In this document: positions 48,293 to 61,090 of the stretch, one piece after another
Layout of the letters: the number at the start of each line of letters is the position of its first letter
How positions within the stretch are numbered: the stretch's first letter is position 1
Assembly: GCA_028534125.1 (NCBI GenBank)
Contig: CM052816.1
Location: forward strand, 98,272,001-98,336,000
Length of the DNA stretch: 64,000 nt
Origin: Lama glama
Lineage: Eukaryota
Reading direction: 5' to 3'
Notes under the pieces: generated by a model
What the model saw: only the letters and a program-made list of their open reading frames with translations
What the model was told of the DNA's origin: nothing
The model's database searches: none
Made by a program: the position numbers and the translations under genes

Positions 48293-49414
48293 TGTCTTAG
48301 TCCATCGGGGCTGCTGTAACGAAAATACCATAGTCTGGCTGGCTTATAAACAACAGAAACTTACTTATCACAGCTCTGGGGCTGGAAGCCCAAGGTCAAG
48401 GTGCTGGCAGATTGAGTGTCTGGAGAGAACCCCCTTCCTGGTCCACTGACTGTCATCTTCTCTCTGTGTCCTCACACAGTGAATGGAGGTGAGCTCTCTG
48501 GGGTCTCTTTTATAAGGCCATTAATCTCATTCGTGTGGGCTCCACACACATGCGATCCCCCTCCTAAAACCATCACTTGGGAGATTAGGTTTCAACATGT
48601 GAGTTTTTTTTTTAATTGGGGTATAGTTAATTATGATGCATTAATATCTGGTGTAAAGCATGATGTCCCAGTCATACATATGCATACATGCATTCATTTT
48701 CATATTCTTTTTCATTAAAGGTTATTACAAGGTATTGAATATAGTTCCCCATGCTGTACAGAAGAAATTTGTTTTTTTTTAAATCTATTTTTATATGTAG
48801 TAGTTCATATTTGCAAATCTTGAACTCCCAAATTTGTCCCTGCCCACCCTCTTTCCCCCTGGTAACCGTAAGATTGTTTACTATGTCTGTGAGTCTGTTT
48901 TTGTTTTGTAGATGAGTTCATTAGTGTCTTCTTTTTTCTCTTCTTAGATTCTTATGAGTGATAACACATGGTATTTTTCTTTCTCTTTCTGGCTTACTTA
49001 GAATGACAATCTCCAGTTCCATCCATGTTGCTGCAAATGGCATTATTTTATTCTTTTTTATGGCTGAGTGGTATCCCATTGTGTGAATATATCACAACTT
49101 CTTTATCCAGTCATCTGTTGATGGACATTTAGGTTGCTTCCAGTCTTGGCTACTGTAAATAGTGCTGCTATGAACATTGGGGTGCATGTATCTTTCTGAA
49201 TTAGAATTCCTTCCAGATACATGCCCAGGAGTGGGATTGCTGGATCATATGGTAAGTCTATTTTCAGTGTTTTGAGGAATCTCCATACTGTTTTCCATAA
49301 CAGCTACACCAAACTACATTCCTATCAACAGTGTAGGAGGGTTCCCTATTCTTCACACCCTCTCCAGCGTTTAAATATGAGTTTTGAGGGGATGCAAACA
49401 TTCAGTCTATAGCA
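48293..49414 (-). mobile_element. MaLR LTR (MLT1A-like) split by an L1 insertion
   Basis: Starts 'tgtcttagtccatcggggctgctgtaac', resumes after the L1 with 'gagttttgaggggatgcaaacattcagtctatagca'. Near-TSD CTCCC/CACCC. Confidence 0.88.
48604..49372 (-). mobile_element. Lineage-specific 5'-truncated LINE-1, same 3' UTR type as 18988-19425
   Basis: Shares 'catattctttttcattaaaggttattacaag' and 'ccccctggtaacc' with the 19-kb copy. Degenerate TSD acatgtgagtttt/aaatatgagtttt. Confidence 0.92.
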
Positions 49415-51283
49415 CACCCTCACCTCTAGTTCCTGTAGGTGAGGGTTCCACTCATCTAAAGGAACATCCTCAGGCTGGTGGTACATGTGCTGTGTGGTCA
49501 GGACCCCTGTGGATGGCCCGGGAGGCTCTCAGGAATAAACATGGGCTGGAACTAAACTGTGACGCCAAGTTCATCTCCTCTGTGGTTGTACTGCTGGAGC
49601 TCACATAATGTGTTTGTTATTGCCAAACGGAAAACTGGATTTTCTATAACACTCCTCAGTTTTCACATTAGATTTTTCATCTCTGCTAATACTAGATTAA
49701 CAAATATCAAAGTACACAGGAAAAAATAGTAAATATGTAGTGCTCTGTATAGTATCCAAAGCAGTATATGCAAAAGGTTTATCTCACAATCATTTTAACT
49801 TATCCCCGAAGCAAAGCATACTTAATCTTCTCACAAGAATTAGTCCCCAGCCGCATCATGATTCTTTGACAAAGCTCCTTTCATGGGAGATACACTTGAA
49901 ACAGAACTGGGTTATGTATTTAGTAGAACAGAGGGGTGAGTTTTGAGTTAAATTCAGTGCTCGACGACCCCAAGCACACACCTTGGGGGAAACTTCTCTG
50001 GTTGGAATGTTTCTCGTTGTCACTTTTTTGACAGAGTAGATATGCTAAGTGTTTGAAGACCTGACAGTTCCACAACAGGTAAGCTTCAATACGGTGCCAC
50101 CTGCCTTCCCCACGTAGGAAGAACCGCTCCCTCTCCCACACGCATCTGTCCATCAGCCTTCCACATCCACGGCCCGCCCTCTGGTTGGAAAGACAGCACT
50201 TGAATGTGCACTTCATAAAACCCTGTAATTATATCAGCCTCATTTTTATATTATTACAATTTCTCATAACAATCTTTCCAACATGCTTCTTTTTTAACTA
50301 AGTTATTATCAATCTGTCAAAAATGTGAGCTGAGTTATGTCTTGCGATACAGGCATTATTGCATCTTTAAAAGGTGTTCTTTGCAATTATTTTCACCCAG
50401 GAAGCACAGACGCAGGAGAGGAGAGTGGAGACTGGTCATGCGTTACGTTATTGATGTTCAAACAATGCCTCCAAGCCAGAGACCCCCTGGTCAGCCTGGT
50501 GTTTGCTACTGAAGCTGCCCAGCCCAGCGCCTGGAGTTGACAGGATCCAGTGACTCTTTAAAACATCAGCTTTACAGCTCAGGAGGCACGGAGGGCAGAG
50601 AAATTGGCATGATCCAGGATATATCACGGTGTGAGTCAAACCCGAACAGAAGACGGGTCCAGATCTTGGGTCCATATCCAAACCCCTCCCCACTGGCTTG
50701 GTGGAAAATGCCAAAGCCTCTTGAAAAGTCATGTTGAATCTGGTAGTTGGGAAATTTGAGTGTCCCTGGCTTACTCGAGCCCTGGTAGTCAGTGGACAGG
50801 GAGATTTCTTCCCTGTCCAGGTAGTCTCCCAGGGAGACACAACTAGAAGATGTAAATGGAAGGGTCCCAAAGCAAACTCCTCCCCAAACACCCAGGAGAT
50901 GTGCTCTTTAAAAAGTCCACCATTAGGGATTCATTTCTTTGACAGAAACAAATTGAAATTTTAAACCTACTGTATAATTTCTTCAATTCATGCTCTTCTA
51001 TAACAGGGTAGTTGTCAGGAACATAGGCTCTGTGGAGAGAGAGACGTTTTCAATTGGGACTGGAGCGAAGGAAGAGGCCAGACTCAGGAGATTCCTAATT
51101 TTCTCACTAGAATCGTGCATTAGTCATAGAACATAATTCTTCCACAGATCTTGGATGTCTTACAGATCTACAGTGACCTTTACTTTTTTTCAGATTCCTG
51201 ATTAAATGTTTATTTTTGTATTCTGTAAAACAACTGTCACATGGAGAAAATGGTGCAACACTAGATATAAAGTTACTTTAATT

Positions 51284-51395
51284 TAATATTTTATAATAAC
51301 TGTGAAGGGACTATAAACTTTACAAATTGTGAGTCACTATGTTGCACACCTAAAGCTTATATAATATTGTACATCAATGATACTTCAGTAATGAA
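51284..51395 (+). mobile_element. Very short (112 bp) LINE-1 3' stub
   Basis: 'gagtcactatgttgcacacctaaagcttatataatattgtacatcaatgatacttca' is an L1 3' terminus. Perfect 15-bp TSD AAAGTTACTTTAATT (51269-51283 and 51396-51410). Confidence 0.9.
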
Positions 51396-52574
51396 AAAGT
51401 TACTTTAATTGACATCCTTGAATCCTGAGCTCAGAGGGAAAATGTGATCCACCACTTCCTCACCCAGCCTCACAGGGAGGGGACAGGAAGACTCTCTCTG
51501 GAGGGTTCCAGGTGCATCAAGACTGTTCATTCTAGATAAATTCTTCATGAGCGAATGTGCTGGCTGGCCATTCCTGCTCCCGTGAAGTCACACACTCTCA
51601 GGTTTAAAACTTCCCAGGCTGGGCCCTTTGGGTTGCCACGGGAATCAAGTAGAACTGAAGTGGAAAGAACTGGATTACAATGAAAGGTTGAGACATTTCA
51701 CCTGAATTTCACACTTTTACATATAAAAAAACTGCCTCGCTAGGTTCTAAACAGCCCATGTTTGGCTGAACCAGAAGCTAGTCTCCTCTGGCACTTTAGG
51801 GTTCTTTCCGAGGTACTCTGCTGCCTCAGACAGGAAGGAAGCCACCACGGATACCAAGCAAAGAAAAGCTCAGTTCCAACCCAAGGGGGAAAGTGTTGTA
51901 AATTCTGCAAGTCCACAGGACATTCTGGAAGGGGTAGTAGATACTTTGTCATGTCTTCAATCAATGTGTCATGTGCTCTTAAAAACTGAAGATAGCAGAA
52001 ACTCTCAAGCTCACCTGTCACGTGACAGCACAATGGATGGTCGCTACTTGATGTTGTATATGATCATGTGAAAACTGTACATGTGACCCTATCAAAGCAG
52101 AATCTTCAATTTGCAATTGAACCAGAGGTCTCATTTCAAATGTGCCTCTCTATCCATGAGCAGAGGTCCAACTTCCGCTTAAACTTTTGAAGACCAATCA
52201 GCCTCTGATAAATGTTAACACCAGCCACCCATTTGGAGAGTGTCACCACCCGGGGCACTTGCTTTTAGACTCTTCCTCAGTTTGACAAGGTCCCTCCTAC
52301 GAAGCTGAGCCCTGCCTGTGGCATCTGCTCCCAACAGTGCCTGTTACCCACCACTACGCCTACCAGTCCTGGGTCTGACCCAGTGCCCACAGGTCACCCG
52401 ATGGGCAGAGCTGCTCCATTCTGTTGCTTTTCCCTTCTTGAGGTCTTCACATTTGCTCCCCTTGCCTCCCGAGTGTGCTGGTTCTGCCTTCACTCCTGAC
52501 TTAGCAACTTACACGCAGCTCAGTTACCGGGGGGTATCCGTCTTGCTGGTTCCTCTCATTAGGTCAGATTCCCT

Positions 52575-52946
52575 CATTTTCGTCCATTCAGACTCATAAC
52601 AAAAGCACTGTAGGCTGAGTGGCCTATCAACCACAGAGACTCACTTCTCACAGCTCTGGAGGTTAAAATCCACGCTCAAGGCACCAGCAGATTTAATGTG
52701 TGGTGAGAGCCCCCTTCCTGGTTCATAGATGGCTGTCTGCGCCCCGTGTCCTCGCGTAGTGAGAGGGATGAGGAAACTCCCTGGGACCTCTATCATAAAG
52801 GCACAAATCCCATCACAGGGACCCATCCTCATAGCCTGATGCAAACCTAATTACCCCTCCCCAAAGGCTCCACCTTCAAGCACTCACATTAGGACTTAGT
52901 GTTTTAACATGTGAATTTGGGGACACAAGTCATCTGGTCCATAGCA
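52575..52946 (-). mobile_element. MaLR LTR (MLT1A-like)
   Basis: 'ttctcacagctctggagg...caaggcaccagcagatt...tggtgagagccccttcctggttcatagatggc'; ends 'gtccatagca'. Confidence 0.9.
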
Positions 52947-54349
52947 GATAAGCAGGACAGTGCTCTATGTGACTGATCATGCAATTCACTTCAGCAGGAC
53001 CTGTCTAACGAATCTTGTTAAACTCTGTTCTTGAATCACCTGTTTGTGCCTGAATCAGACACTGGCCAGACCAGCAGCGTCCTCCCCTAGGACCTGCCCC
53101 ACCTCCAGGTGGTCTTTTCTGCTCTAGGATGACTCTGTGAAGACAGGAAAATCTGGAGCAGCCATGCAGAAAAATGATCAGCAGGTATTGGACACCCACC
53201 CACAACCCTGTAGACGCATTTTCCCAAGGGAGTGTTCCAACTTCTGCTAATTCTAATAAATCACTCTCTTTCCTAAGGGTAAGAATGATGTTTGATTTTG
53301 GCAACCTCAGAACAGAGGATAAGCTCATATGGTGCAGGAAGCAAGGGTGATGCCTTTTAGTGTGATAGCCCTTTCTCTTCTGTCACTTTGGAAGGGTTCT
53401 TTCTTGATTTCACAGCCCAAAGTACAATACCACCCATTTTTCTCAGGATCTGACTCACATTTCCACCTTCTAGTGAGGCGTGTTTTATTCATTTAGCCCA
53501 TAGAAGTAAATGGAGGGCTCACTATGTCCAGTCCATGTGCCAGATGCCAGGGACGGACAGCTGACCTGACCCCCTTTATGCTAAATACAGTCCAGCGAGG
53601 GGGGCAGCCACTCCCCACAAATCACAGCCGTCATCACTGAGCGTGGCAGTACTACTTAGTGCGGGGGATAAATTGTCTTATATTGTCTTGCACATCTAGT
53701 ACCATCTTGGCATCGGCTTCTCGGTAGATACAGATTAAGAAAAATCATAGTCATTCAGATGGTACTTGAAGTCATGAAAAGAGACAGTATTAATGCTGCT
53801 CAGTGAGAATGTAGAGAAGAGGGTTCAAGTCTTAGCCCAGAAGAAGAGGAGCAAGCAAGAAATCAGAAGTTCTACTTAGGGTGGGAGATAGACCAAGAAG
53901 CCAGCTGGTTTATGCTGTGGAATTGCTTAGAAGACTTCAGGAATTAGGGATGGGCTCTGGAACTTCTGAAGATGGGGGTGGGGTGTCTAAAAACAGAATG
54001 AGGGGGTGAAAATGTGCATTAGAAGCAGTTAGATCCACAGAGACCCTCCCCTCCTCCAGGTCAGCACAAGACTGGAGATTTCCCATCTGCACTGGAGGGC
54101 ACCAGGCATGAGTCAGCAGGAAACCATACTGAAAACACAGAACCAAGTGAATGTCCGCTCACTGAGTAGGGGAGCCAGACCCCCCTGTTCTCAATAGTCA
54201 GTATGATGGTGGCCAGCTTCATGTGCTCGGGCAGCAGGCTGGAAGATCTTTCCAGGGAAGTCAGCAAGTGTGACTAATAGTCAAAGTTCCCTAACTTGGT
54301 TTCCCTGCAGTGAAGGCCACCACTCTGCAAGCAAAGTCCATGCAGATCA

Positions 54350-55650
54350 GTTTCAATGTCTCACTCTCAGGCAGACATCCCTGATCAAAATACATGAAGA
54401 AAGGTCCTATCTTTAAATATAGAGAACAGAAAACAGGAAAAAAGGCACTTGGAGGAAACAGACAAAGCCAAAGCAGGAAGAAAGAATCTTATAGTAAAAC
54501 CCATTATGATTTATGGCTTTAGAGAGATAAGAGATTGCAAACTTGCATCAAGCATAGTAATCTATAAGAGGGGAATATCCAGAGCACAAAAATAGTCTCT
54601 GGGATATTAAAAACATTATGACAGAAATAAAAAAGAAATTCAATCGGCTTGTTGGAAAATAAAGTTCAGTAAATTGCCCAGAAAGTAGAATAAAAAGGCA
54701 AAGAAATGAATAGACAAAGAGCAATGGCAAGAAAATTAGAAGATTGTTTCAGGCTATGTACCATCCAACTGATAGGAGTTGCAGAAAGGAAGGAAGGGGG
54801 AATTGAAAAAGAAGAAATTGTCAAAGAAATACAACTCCCAGGATGGAAAAACTTACGCCACCACATTGAAAGGTACCGTGAGGCACCTAATATGGAAATG
54901 AAGACTTGCATTATAAAGTTTCAGAACAGTGATAATGAAGACAATAAAGCATGAAAACAGGCACAAATGGAAGTAGAGGATGGACAAGCAGGGTGTCATC
55001 AATTGCAACGCTAGCCAAGACACAGTGAAAGAATGCCTTCAAATTTCTTAAAATTATTTCCAATTTATAATTGTATGTTCAGCCACATGGTGAAGTTTTC
55101 ACACTTGGAAAAAAAATTACCCAGAGAGATTTTTCTTAGACTGTACTTGAAAAGATGCTCCATCAAAACTAGAAACTGAATTTTTAAAAAACGTGTGAAA
55201 TAATTGAATATAAGGAGCAGACTTTCCCAAAAGGAGAAAAGCAAAGGCAATGTGAGGATTAATAATAGGATGACCACAAAGCACCAGAGGGAGAAACAGC
55301 TCGGGCTGAAGTTACCAGGAAGGAGAAGCAAGAAAGGAAAAAGAATGTGAGAAGGAGAACTGACAGATTCCTTGGTGTGTTTGAATTAATGAGAAGACAT
55401 TCTATTTGGGAGGAATGTTTAGGGATCAGTTACAGACAGAAACTCAAAAAATCACACCACAGAAAAAAGTTTGAGGTAATTATTAACTCAAGAGAAAACA
55501 AAAAGGTGTTTAAGAAACAGAATGTAATTACAAAACTAGGTTTCAGATGTGAATTGTGACCTAGTCTTAATAATTTAAATACTAAATGCTTTGTTGGGAG
55601 CAGAGTAAAAGGGCTTAAGAGAGAGCTAAAATCCCATCTTCAGTACTAAA
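54350..55650 (+). mobile_element. HAL1-like / L1 ORF1 remnant
   Basis: ORF 54706-54954 (RKLEDCFRLCTIQLIGVAE...IIKFQN) resembles the L1 ORF1p motif LEDRSRRNNIRIIGIPE. A-rich strand bias. Confidence 0.75.
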
Positions 55651-55899
55651 CCAGGAAATCAGCATGCTGATCGCCAGCCATGAAAACCCAAATGCTCTGT
55701 GATGGTTTGATTCTGACATGTTGCTATCATTATAACATAAATTATGGTATGTTTTCCAACTTCTTTTGAGTTAGAAGCCAGTGTCACTGAGGACGGTACT
55801 GGTGGCAGAATAAACCAGTAACAAGAGGCATCTCAAAAAAAATCAATCAATCATGGCTAAAATGGAAAAGAATTAAGAAATAACTGTATATGCATGTCT

Positions 55900-56990
55900 T
55901 TAAAAATATGACTATTTTGTGGTCTTAAAATACCCTTTCCCGTAAATGAGCCACAGCTCCATGGAGAAGTAGCAACTTGAGGTCTTAAGCATGAAACATG
56001 CAACATAATAATGAATAATTATGTCACACCAGAGAGTCAGGTAGCTTCTGAAGATGGCTGGAACCACATTCAAATAACTCAGTGGCAAATTTTCACTCAG
56101 GGGGTCTCACTAGACAAAGGGGAAAATTTGAGTGTCAATAGGATAATAACTGCAATGGATTGAAACATCAAAAATGCTTACATCTTTGGGTTCCTCAAGA
56201 TTTCATAAAGAAAATGCTAACTGGTCACTGTCAGAGGACGCTAGGGAACCAGCTCATTCTTTTGAAGACTGGTAATTACAGAGAAAGTCTAGCACCCATC
56301 CTGACTTCCCTTGTAAGATGTGTCATTTGACTTCTGAACAGTAGAAGGAAAAATCATCTACACAGAAATACACCAGCTAATAAATGAAAGCAGAATAATA
56401 TTAGAATCTCACCACTCTGTCAACCCTGAACGATGAAAAGATCAAGTTAATGATCACCAATGGCTGCTCACACCACAAAGTGAAGGCCGCCAGGCATCTT
56501 GTGCCTTCCAATTGAAGAACAGAGAGAGGCGCCTTTGATGTGATCTTGTGGGGGGAAAAGAGCAAAAATCAATTTGATCAAACCTCTAACTCCGTTTATC
56601 AGTAGTTAAGAGGACTCTGCTAAATGATACCAAAAGTAGGGGAGGGTATGGCTCAGTGGTAGAGCATGTGCTTATCATGCAGAGGGTCCTGGGTTCATTC
56701 CCCAGCACCTCCATTAAGAAAATAAATAAATAAACCTAATTACCACCACCCAAAAAAAGAGAATTTAAAAAAGATAGGAATAAAAATAGAAAAAAAGAAA
56801 AACTTAATTTTTAAAAATAATTTGAAAAACAAATTAAAATGATACCAAAAGGTTTCAATCAACAAAATTCAGAATCTGAGAAACTCTATAGAACGGTGTG
56901 CTTTTCTTTAATAAATTGAGAAAAAACAAATAAACAAGAGATGAAGGGAGAATTTATAAATTAAAAGAGTCTTAAGAAACATTTCAACCA
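55900..56990 (+). mobile_element. Old L1 3' region (L1MC-like) containing a SINE
   Basis: 'aatttgagtgtcaataggataataactgcaatggattgaaacatcaaa', 'ggtcactgtcagaggacgctagggaaccagctcatt', 'tttataaattaaaagagtcttaagaaacat'. Confidence 0.7.
56637..56836 (+). mobile_element. tRNA-derived SINE (camelid Vic-1-like)
   Basis: 'ggggagggtatggctcagtggtagagcatgtgctta...gtcctgggttcattccccagcacctccatt' plus A-rich tail. Perfect 15-bp TSD AAATGATACCAAAAG (56622-56636 and 56837-56851). Confidence 0.93.
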
Positions 56991-59409
56991 CTCTCCTCTC
57001 TCTCTCTTATTTGAAGATCTTGCCTCCCTCTGACTTCAAGGTAGAAACAGAGCTCTCTGGCAGGATGTTTTTAATCCCTGCCCTCAAATCTACTCATGTC
57101 CCTGGCTACATGGATCAGCTAGGAGCTTGGATTCCAACCTTGTACATCTTCTCAAGTACCTGATGTGACTGACAAACTTCTCCCTTGTCCTCATCGCGTC
57201 CCTGTGTTCTCATCGCCCTACAGCCTCCCGAGAGCAGGTGTGCAGAATAACGAACGCTGGACCCACCTTCCCTTCTCTCCTTCTTCCTCTGTAATAGATT
57301 ATGTTTCCTCGGTAATCTATTTCTTCCTCCCTCTCCGTTCCATGCCAGTTCTCTCTTCACTCACATATTGCTCTGCTTGCGTGTTATAATCATCAGACCT
57401 CCAGAAACACCGGCTCTGCTTCCAGGCTATCAGATAGGCAGCTTGCCTGTCTTTATAGGTCTAGTGATTTGGAAGTGACAGGAAATGAAAATGGGGACAT
57501 AAGGACTCGGCTGAGGAAGGAGTAGGGACATGTAGTCTGTCTCTCTCAATCTCTTTGTCTCCCTTACGCACACATTTTTAAAAACCCCCGCCCCGTGCAC
57601 ATAAATGACATGATATTTATTGTTCTGTTGTCAACAGACCCCATCAAGCCAAGTACTAAATGAGCTATTAAACCATCAGCAGCAGCCGAGGCCTGAGTAC
57701 AAGGAAAACTGCTCTACCTTCACCTAATTGTTTACCCTCAAACAACACAGGGACAGAAAGAGTCCCTCAGGGATGCCAGGCCATCCACGTCCTGTAGTGC
57801 AAACCAAGAGTGAGCAATTTAAAAAACCTCCTTTTGAAAATGAAGGGTAAAAGTATTTTTGACAAAAACGATTCTGATTATATTTCCAACATTCAAACAC
57901 TGCAGGAATAAGGAAAATGAGATATTTATAGAACAGAATTCAAATCTCATGTTTTTAATAGAGCATAACTTTAAATTGATTATCATGTTTCTTAGGGAAT
58001 GCCCTTCTTCAGAATGTTTAATTCTGTACAAAGTACATGCATATGGGAAATAACCATGCATATTTTTTAGGGCACCGGCAGGAAATGAGATCTGTGACCA
58101 TGGTCACATGAGGATTCTCTAATGAAGGGATGGCAGGAAGCATGGGGAAGGGTAAGAGAGCAAATGGAGTGATGCTGGAGACCGGTGGCACCAGAGAGCT
58201 AGCAGGATTTTAGAGGAACGAGAGCTCTTGGAGTCCAGAAAGATCACAGGCCCTAGAGAAAGGGCCACTGGGAAGGACCGCCCAGGGGAGCTGTTCTCAC
58301 AGAGGGCTGCGGGGCTGAGTCATGGAGGATGCAGGGGTGAAGCACCAACTCTCCCTGCCTTCCCGTCTTTGCTCTGCTTCCCGCAGGCTGCATTCAGCCA
58401 GGACCCTGGTCTGGGACCCACGTGATGGGTGGTGTCGGGCAAGCCCCCGGGCAGAGAAGGGCAGGAAAGCCAGTGGAGAGTGGACGTGGGGGCCAGTGGA
58501 GGATAGCAAGCCCTGGGGCGACTCGCCTTCTCTTGAGCTGCATGTTGGTGTTTCCTTCTGGACACGGTTACCTCGAGGCATCTGGCACCAGATTGTGCTC
58601 CATCTTTCTTCCTTCGCTGACTGTTATGTTGCTGTTATTTGAGCTTAATGACCTAACTGGAAAATCCTGACTGTTGCCAGGTTTTCAGATTCAGTGTTAA
58701 ATTTCTGGTTGTCATTGAATATCCCCCCCACACACACACACAGGAAATTGAAGCCAAATTACCTTGCTGTGACATGAGAGGTCTGTGTGGCAACAACACA
58801 TCTGGTGGATTATCACTTAGCAAAGCAGTTTTAGACACAACACTCTAAGACCCAGTCCTTGACCATCAACTACTTCATCTATCAAGTTTACGCCCATCGC
58901 ACCCCCACAGAGCATGTATGGGTCATTTATAAACCCTGATTTAAAGAGCTGCAGACGCCGAGCCAACCAAGGATTCGGAGATGGCTGAACAAGAGACCGC
59001 TCCTCTCCCCAGAGAGACCCAGGCTTCTACGAGACCTGGAGAGCTGGAAGGTGTAACATGAGGGTTCAAAATCTATAAATTCTTTGATTTCCAAATGCAA
59101 AACGTGTTGCCCTTTCTTTATAAAAGGAAACAGAAAAGAATGACCCATAAGAGATGGACATGTGGCCTAGGTTCTGATCATAACCTTGTCCCTGCTTCTT
59201 GTTTTCTAGTTGAAAAAATAATCAGGTTGGCACCAAATCACACCGCAGTGCCCTCTCTCCCTCTTACCCAGCTCTCGTTAGCCTGAGAGGCTGGCTCACC
59301 ACACGTGGTTATTTCTCTCAACACTGCCCACAGCCCAGCTCTCTCATTACACGCTCTTCAATTATCCCACTGTTTAAGCCATCTTTTGTTGGTTGAGATG
59401 AGATGAATA

Positions 59410-60085
59410 AAGCCATTAGAATGTGTTTGCTTCTGTTCTAAATGTGATAGGAAGACACTGCAGGGTTTTGAACAAAAAAAACTGACACGATCTAAGACAT
59501 GGTCTTAACACATCACTCTGGCTACCATGTGACAAATAGCCTCTGACTGGTAAGGAGACCAGACCAGGATTGCAAGCATAAGGTATTGGTGGGTTAGCCT
59601 TGCTTGGCAGCAGTCGAGGTGGCTAGCAGGGGTCATATTTGTTATATGCCTTCAAGAAAGAGCCAGCAAGACTTGGATATGGGGCTTCAGGACTTAAAGC
59701 TGTCCCCACCTGAGAGACACAATGAACAAGCCCGACGCTGACTTGAGTGGGAAACAGAGGGAACCCTGGCAGGAAAAAGTCAGGGGTGTTGCTCTGGACA
59801 CTTCAAACGGAGTATTTCCTTTAGACATCCAGATGGTGGTGTCGAGATGTACAAGTCTGGAGCTCGGGAAGGAATGTGTGCGTTTGAGAGTCTGCAGGTT
59901 ATGCAGTGATTAAGGATTGGGACTGGGTGAGGTCACATAAGGGGAAAATACACAGAAAAGAAGAATTCTAAGGAAAGGGCCCTAAAGGATCCCAAAATTT
60001 AGAGACTGGAAAAAAGAGAACAAGAGAGAAAAATGGTCTCAAGAGGACCCTCCAGTGAGACAGGAAGGAACCCATGGGAGTTTCA
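59410..60085 (-). mobile_element. L2 LINE fragment
   Basis: 'cactgcagggttttgaaca', 'atcactctggctaccatgtga', 'tagacatccagatggtggtgtc...aagtctggagctcggg'. Confidence 0.75.
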
Positions 60086-60614
60086 TTTTTCTTTTACCCT
60101 AAACATGGGGTGCTGCCTGTAGAAAAACGGATGCTGGAATGCACTTGTGACTCATACAAATTATATAAAACAAGCCAGGGAGCAATCCAGTGCATTCGCC
60201 CTAAAACAGCTCTGCACTCATCGGTGTGTGTATGTCTGCACCCACATCCACACTCAGGCCTGACTTCACAGACACGAGGTTCAACCTTGGTGTGCACGTT
60301 TCTCCACCTACAGTCACAGAGATACCAAAACACATGATTCCTGGCAATCTATTCTAAAGATAGCCAGTCTGTTTTACTTTTCCAGAAGATCAATTTGACA
60401 TTTTAATTATGTGTAAAAGTTCAACCAAATATATTACTATTGAATATTTTGACAAGGCCTTTCATCCCATGTTCTCATTGAGATTCCAGGAACCCACTGC
60501 TCAACTGCAATTACATAAAATGAGAAAACAAGAAAAAGAATAAGTGGGCAACTTGCCCATTGAGTAATTGGAAATGAGCCTAAGAGTCCTGAGCTCCTGC
60601 CTCTTTGGAGAGAG

Positions 60615-61090
60615 TGTTCGTTATCTACTGCTGCCTAATGAATTGCTCAACACTTAAAACAGCATTTCTTATCCTATTATCCCAGTGTCTGTGAGCCAAG
60701 GATCTGGATGTGCCTTAGCTGTGTTCCTCTGGCTCGAGGTCTCTCAAAAGGTGGCAGCCAAGGTTCAGCTGGGGCAGGGTCGGGTCCACGCCCAAGCTCT
60801 CTCACGTGGCTGTTGGTGGCTCAGCCCTCACTGGCTGTTGGCCAGGGGCAGCACTTCCTTGCACCTGGGCTTCCTCCATAGGGCACCTCACAACCTGGGA
60901 GCTGGCTTCCCTCCGAGCAAGTGAGAGATGGTGCCTAAGGTGGGAGCCAGTGTTCTTGCAGCCTAATTTCAGAGGTGAGATCCCATCACTTCTGTCTGCT
61001 CTATTTGTTCGGAGCCGGCCAGTAAGTCCAGCCCACGCGCGGCGGGGAGGGCACCACAGAGCGGGCCTCCCAGAGAGGCTGCCTCTGACC
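60615..61090 (-). mobile_element. MaLR LTR (MLT1E/F-like)
   Basis: 'ttatctactgctgc', 'ccaagctctctcacgtggctgttgg', 'cctccatagggcacctcacaacctgggagctggcttccctc', 'gtaagtccagcccac'. Confidence 0.82.

Noticed and set aside
54706..54954. ORF1p-like ORF as a domesticated gene (L1TD1-like)
   Set aside because: Only 82 codons, within a decayed HAL1-like element with flanking stops.
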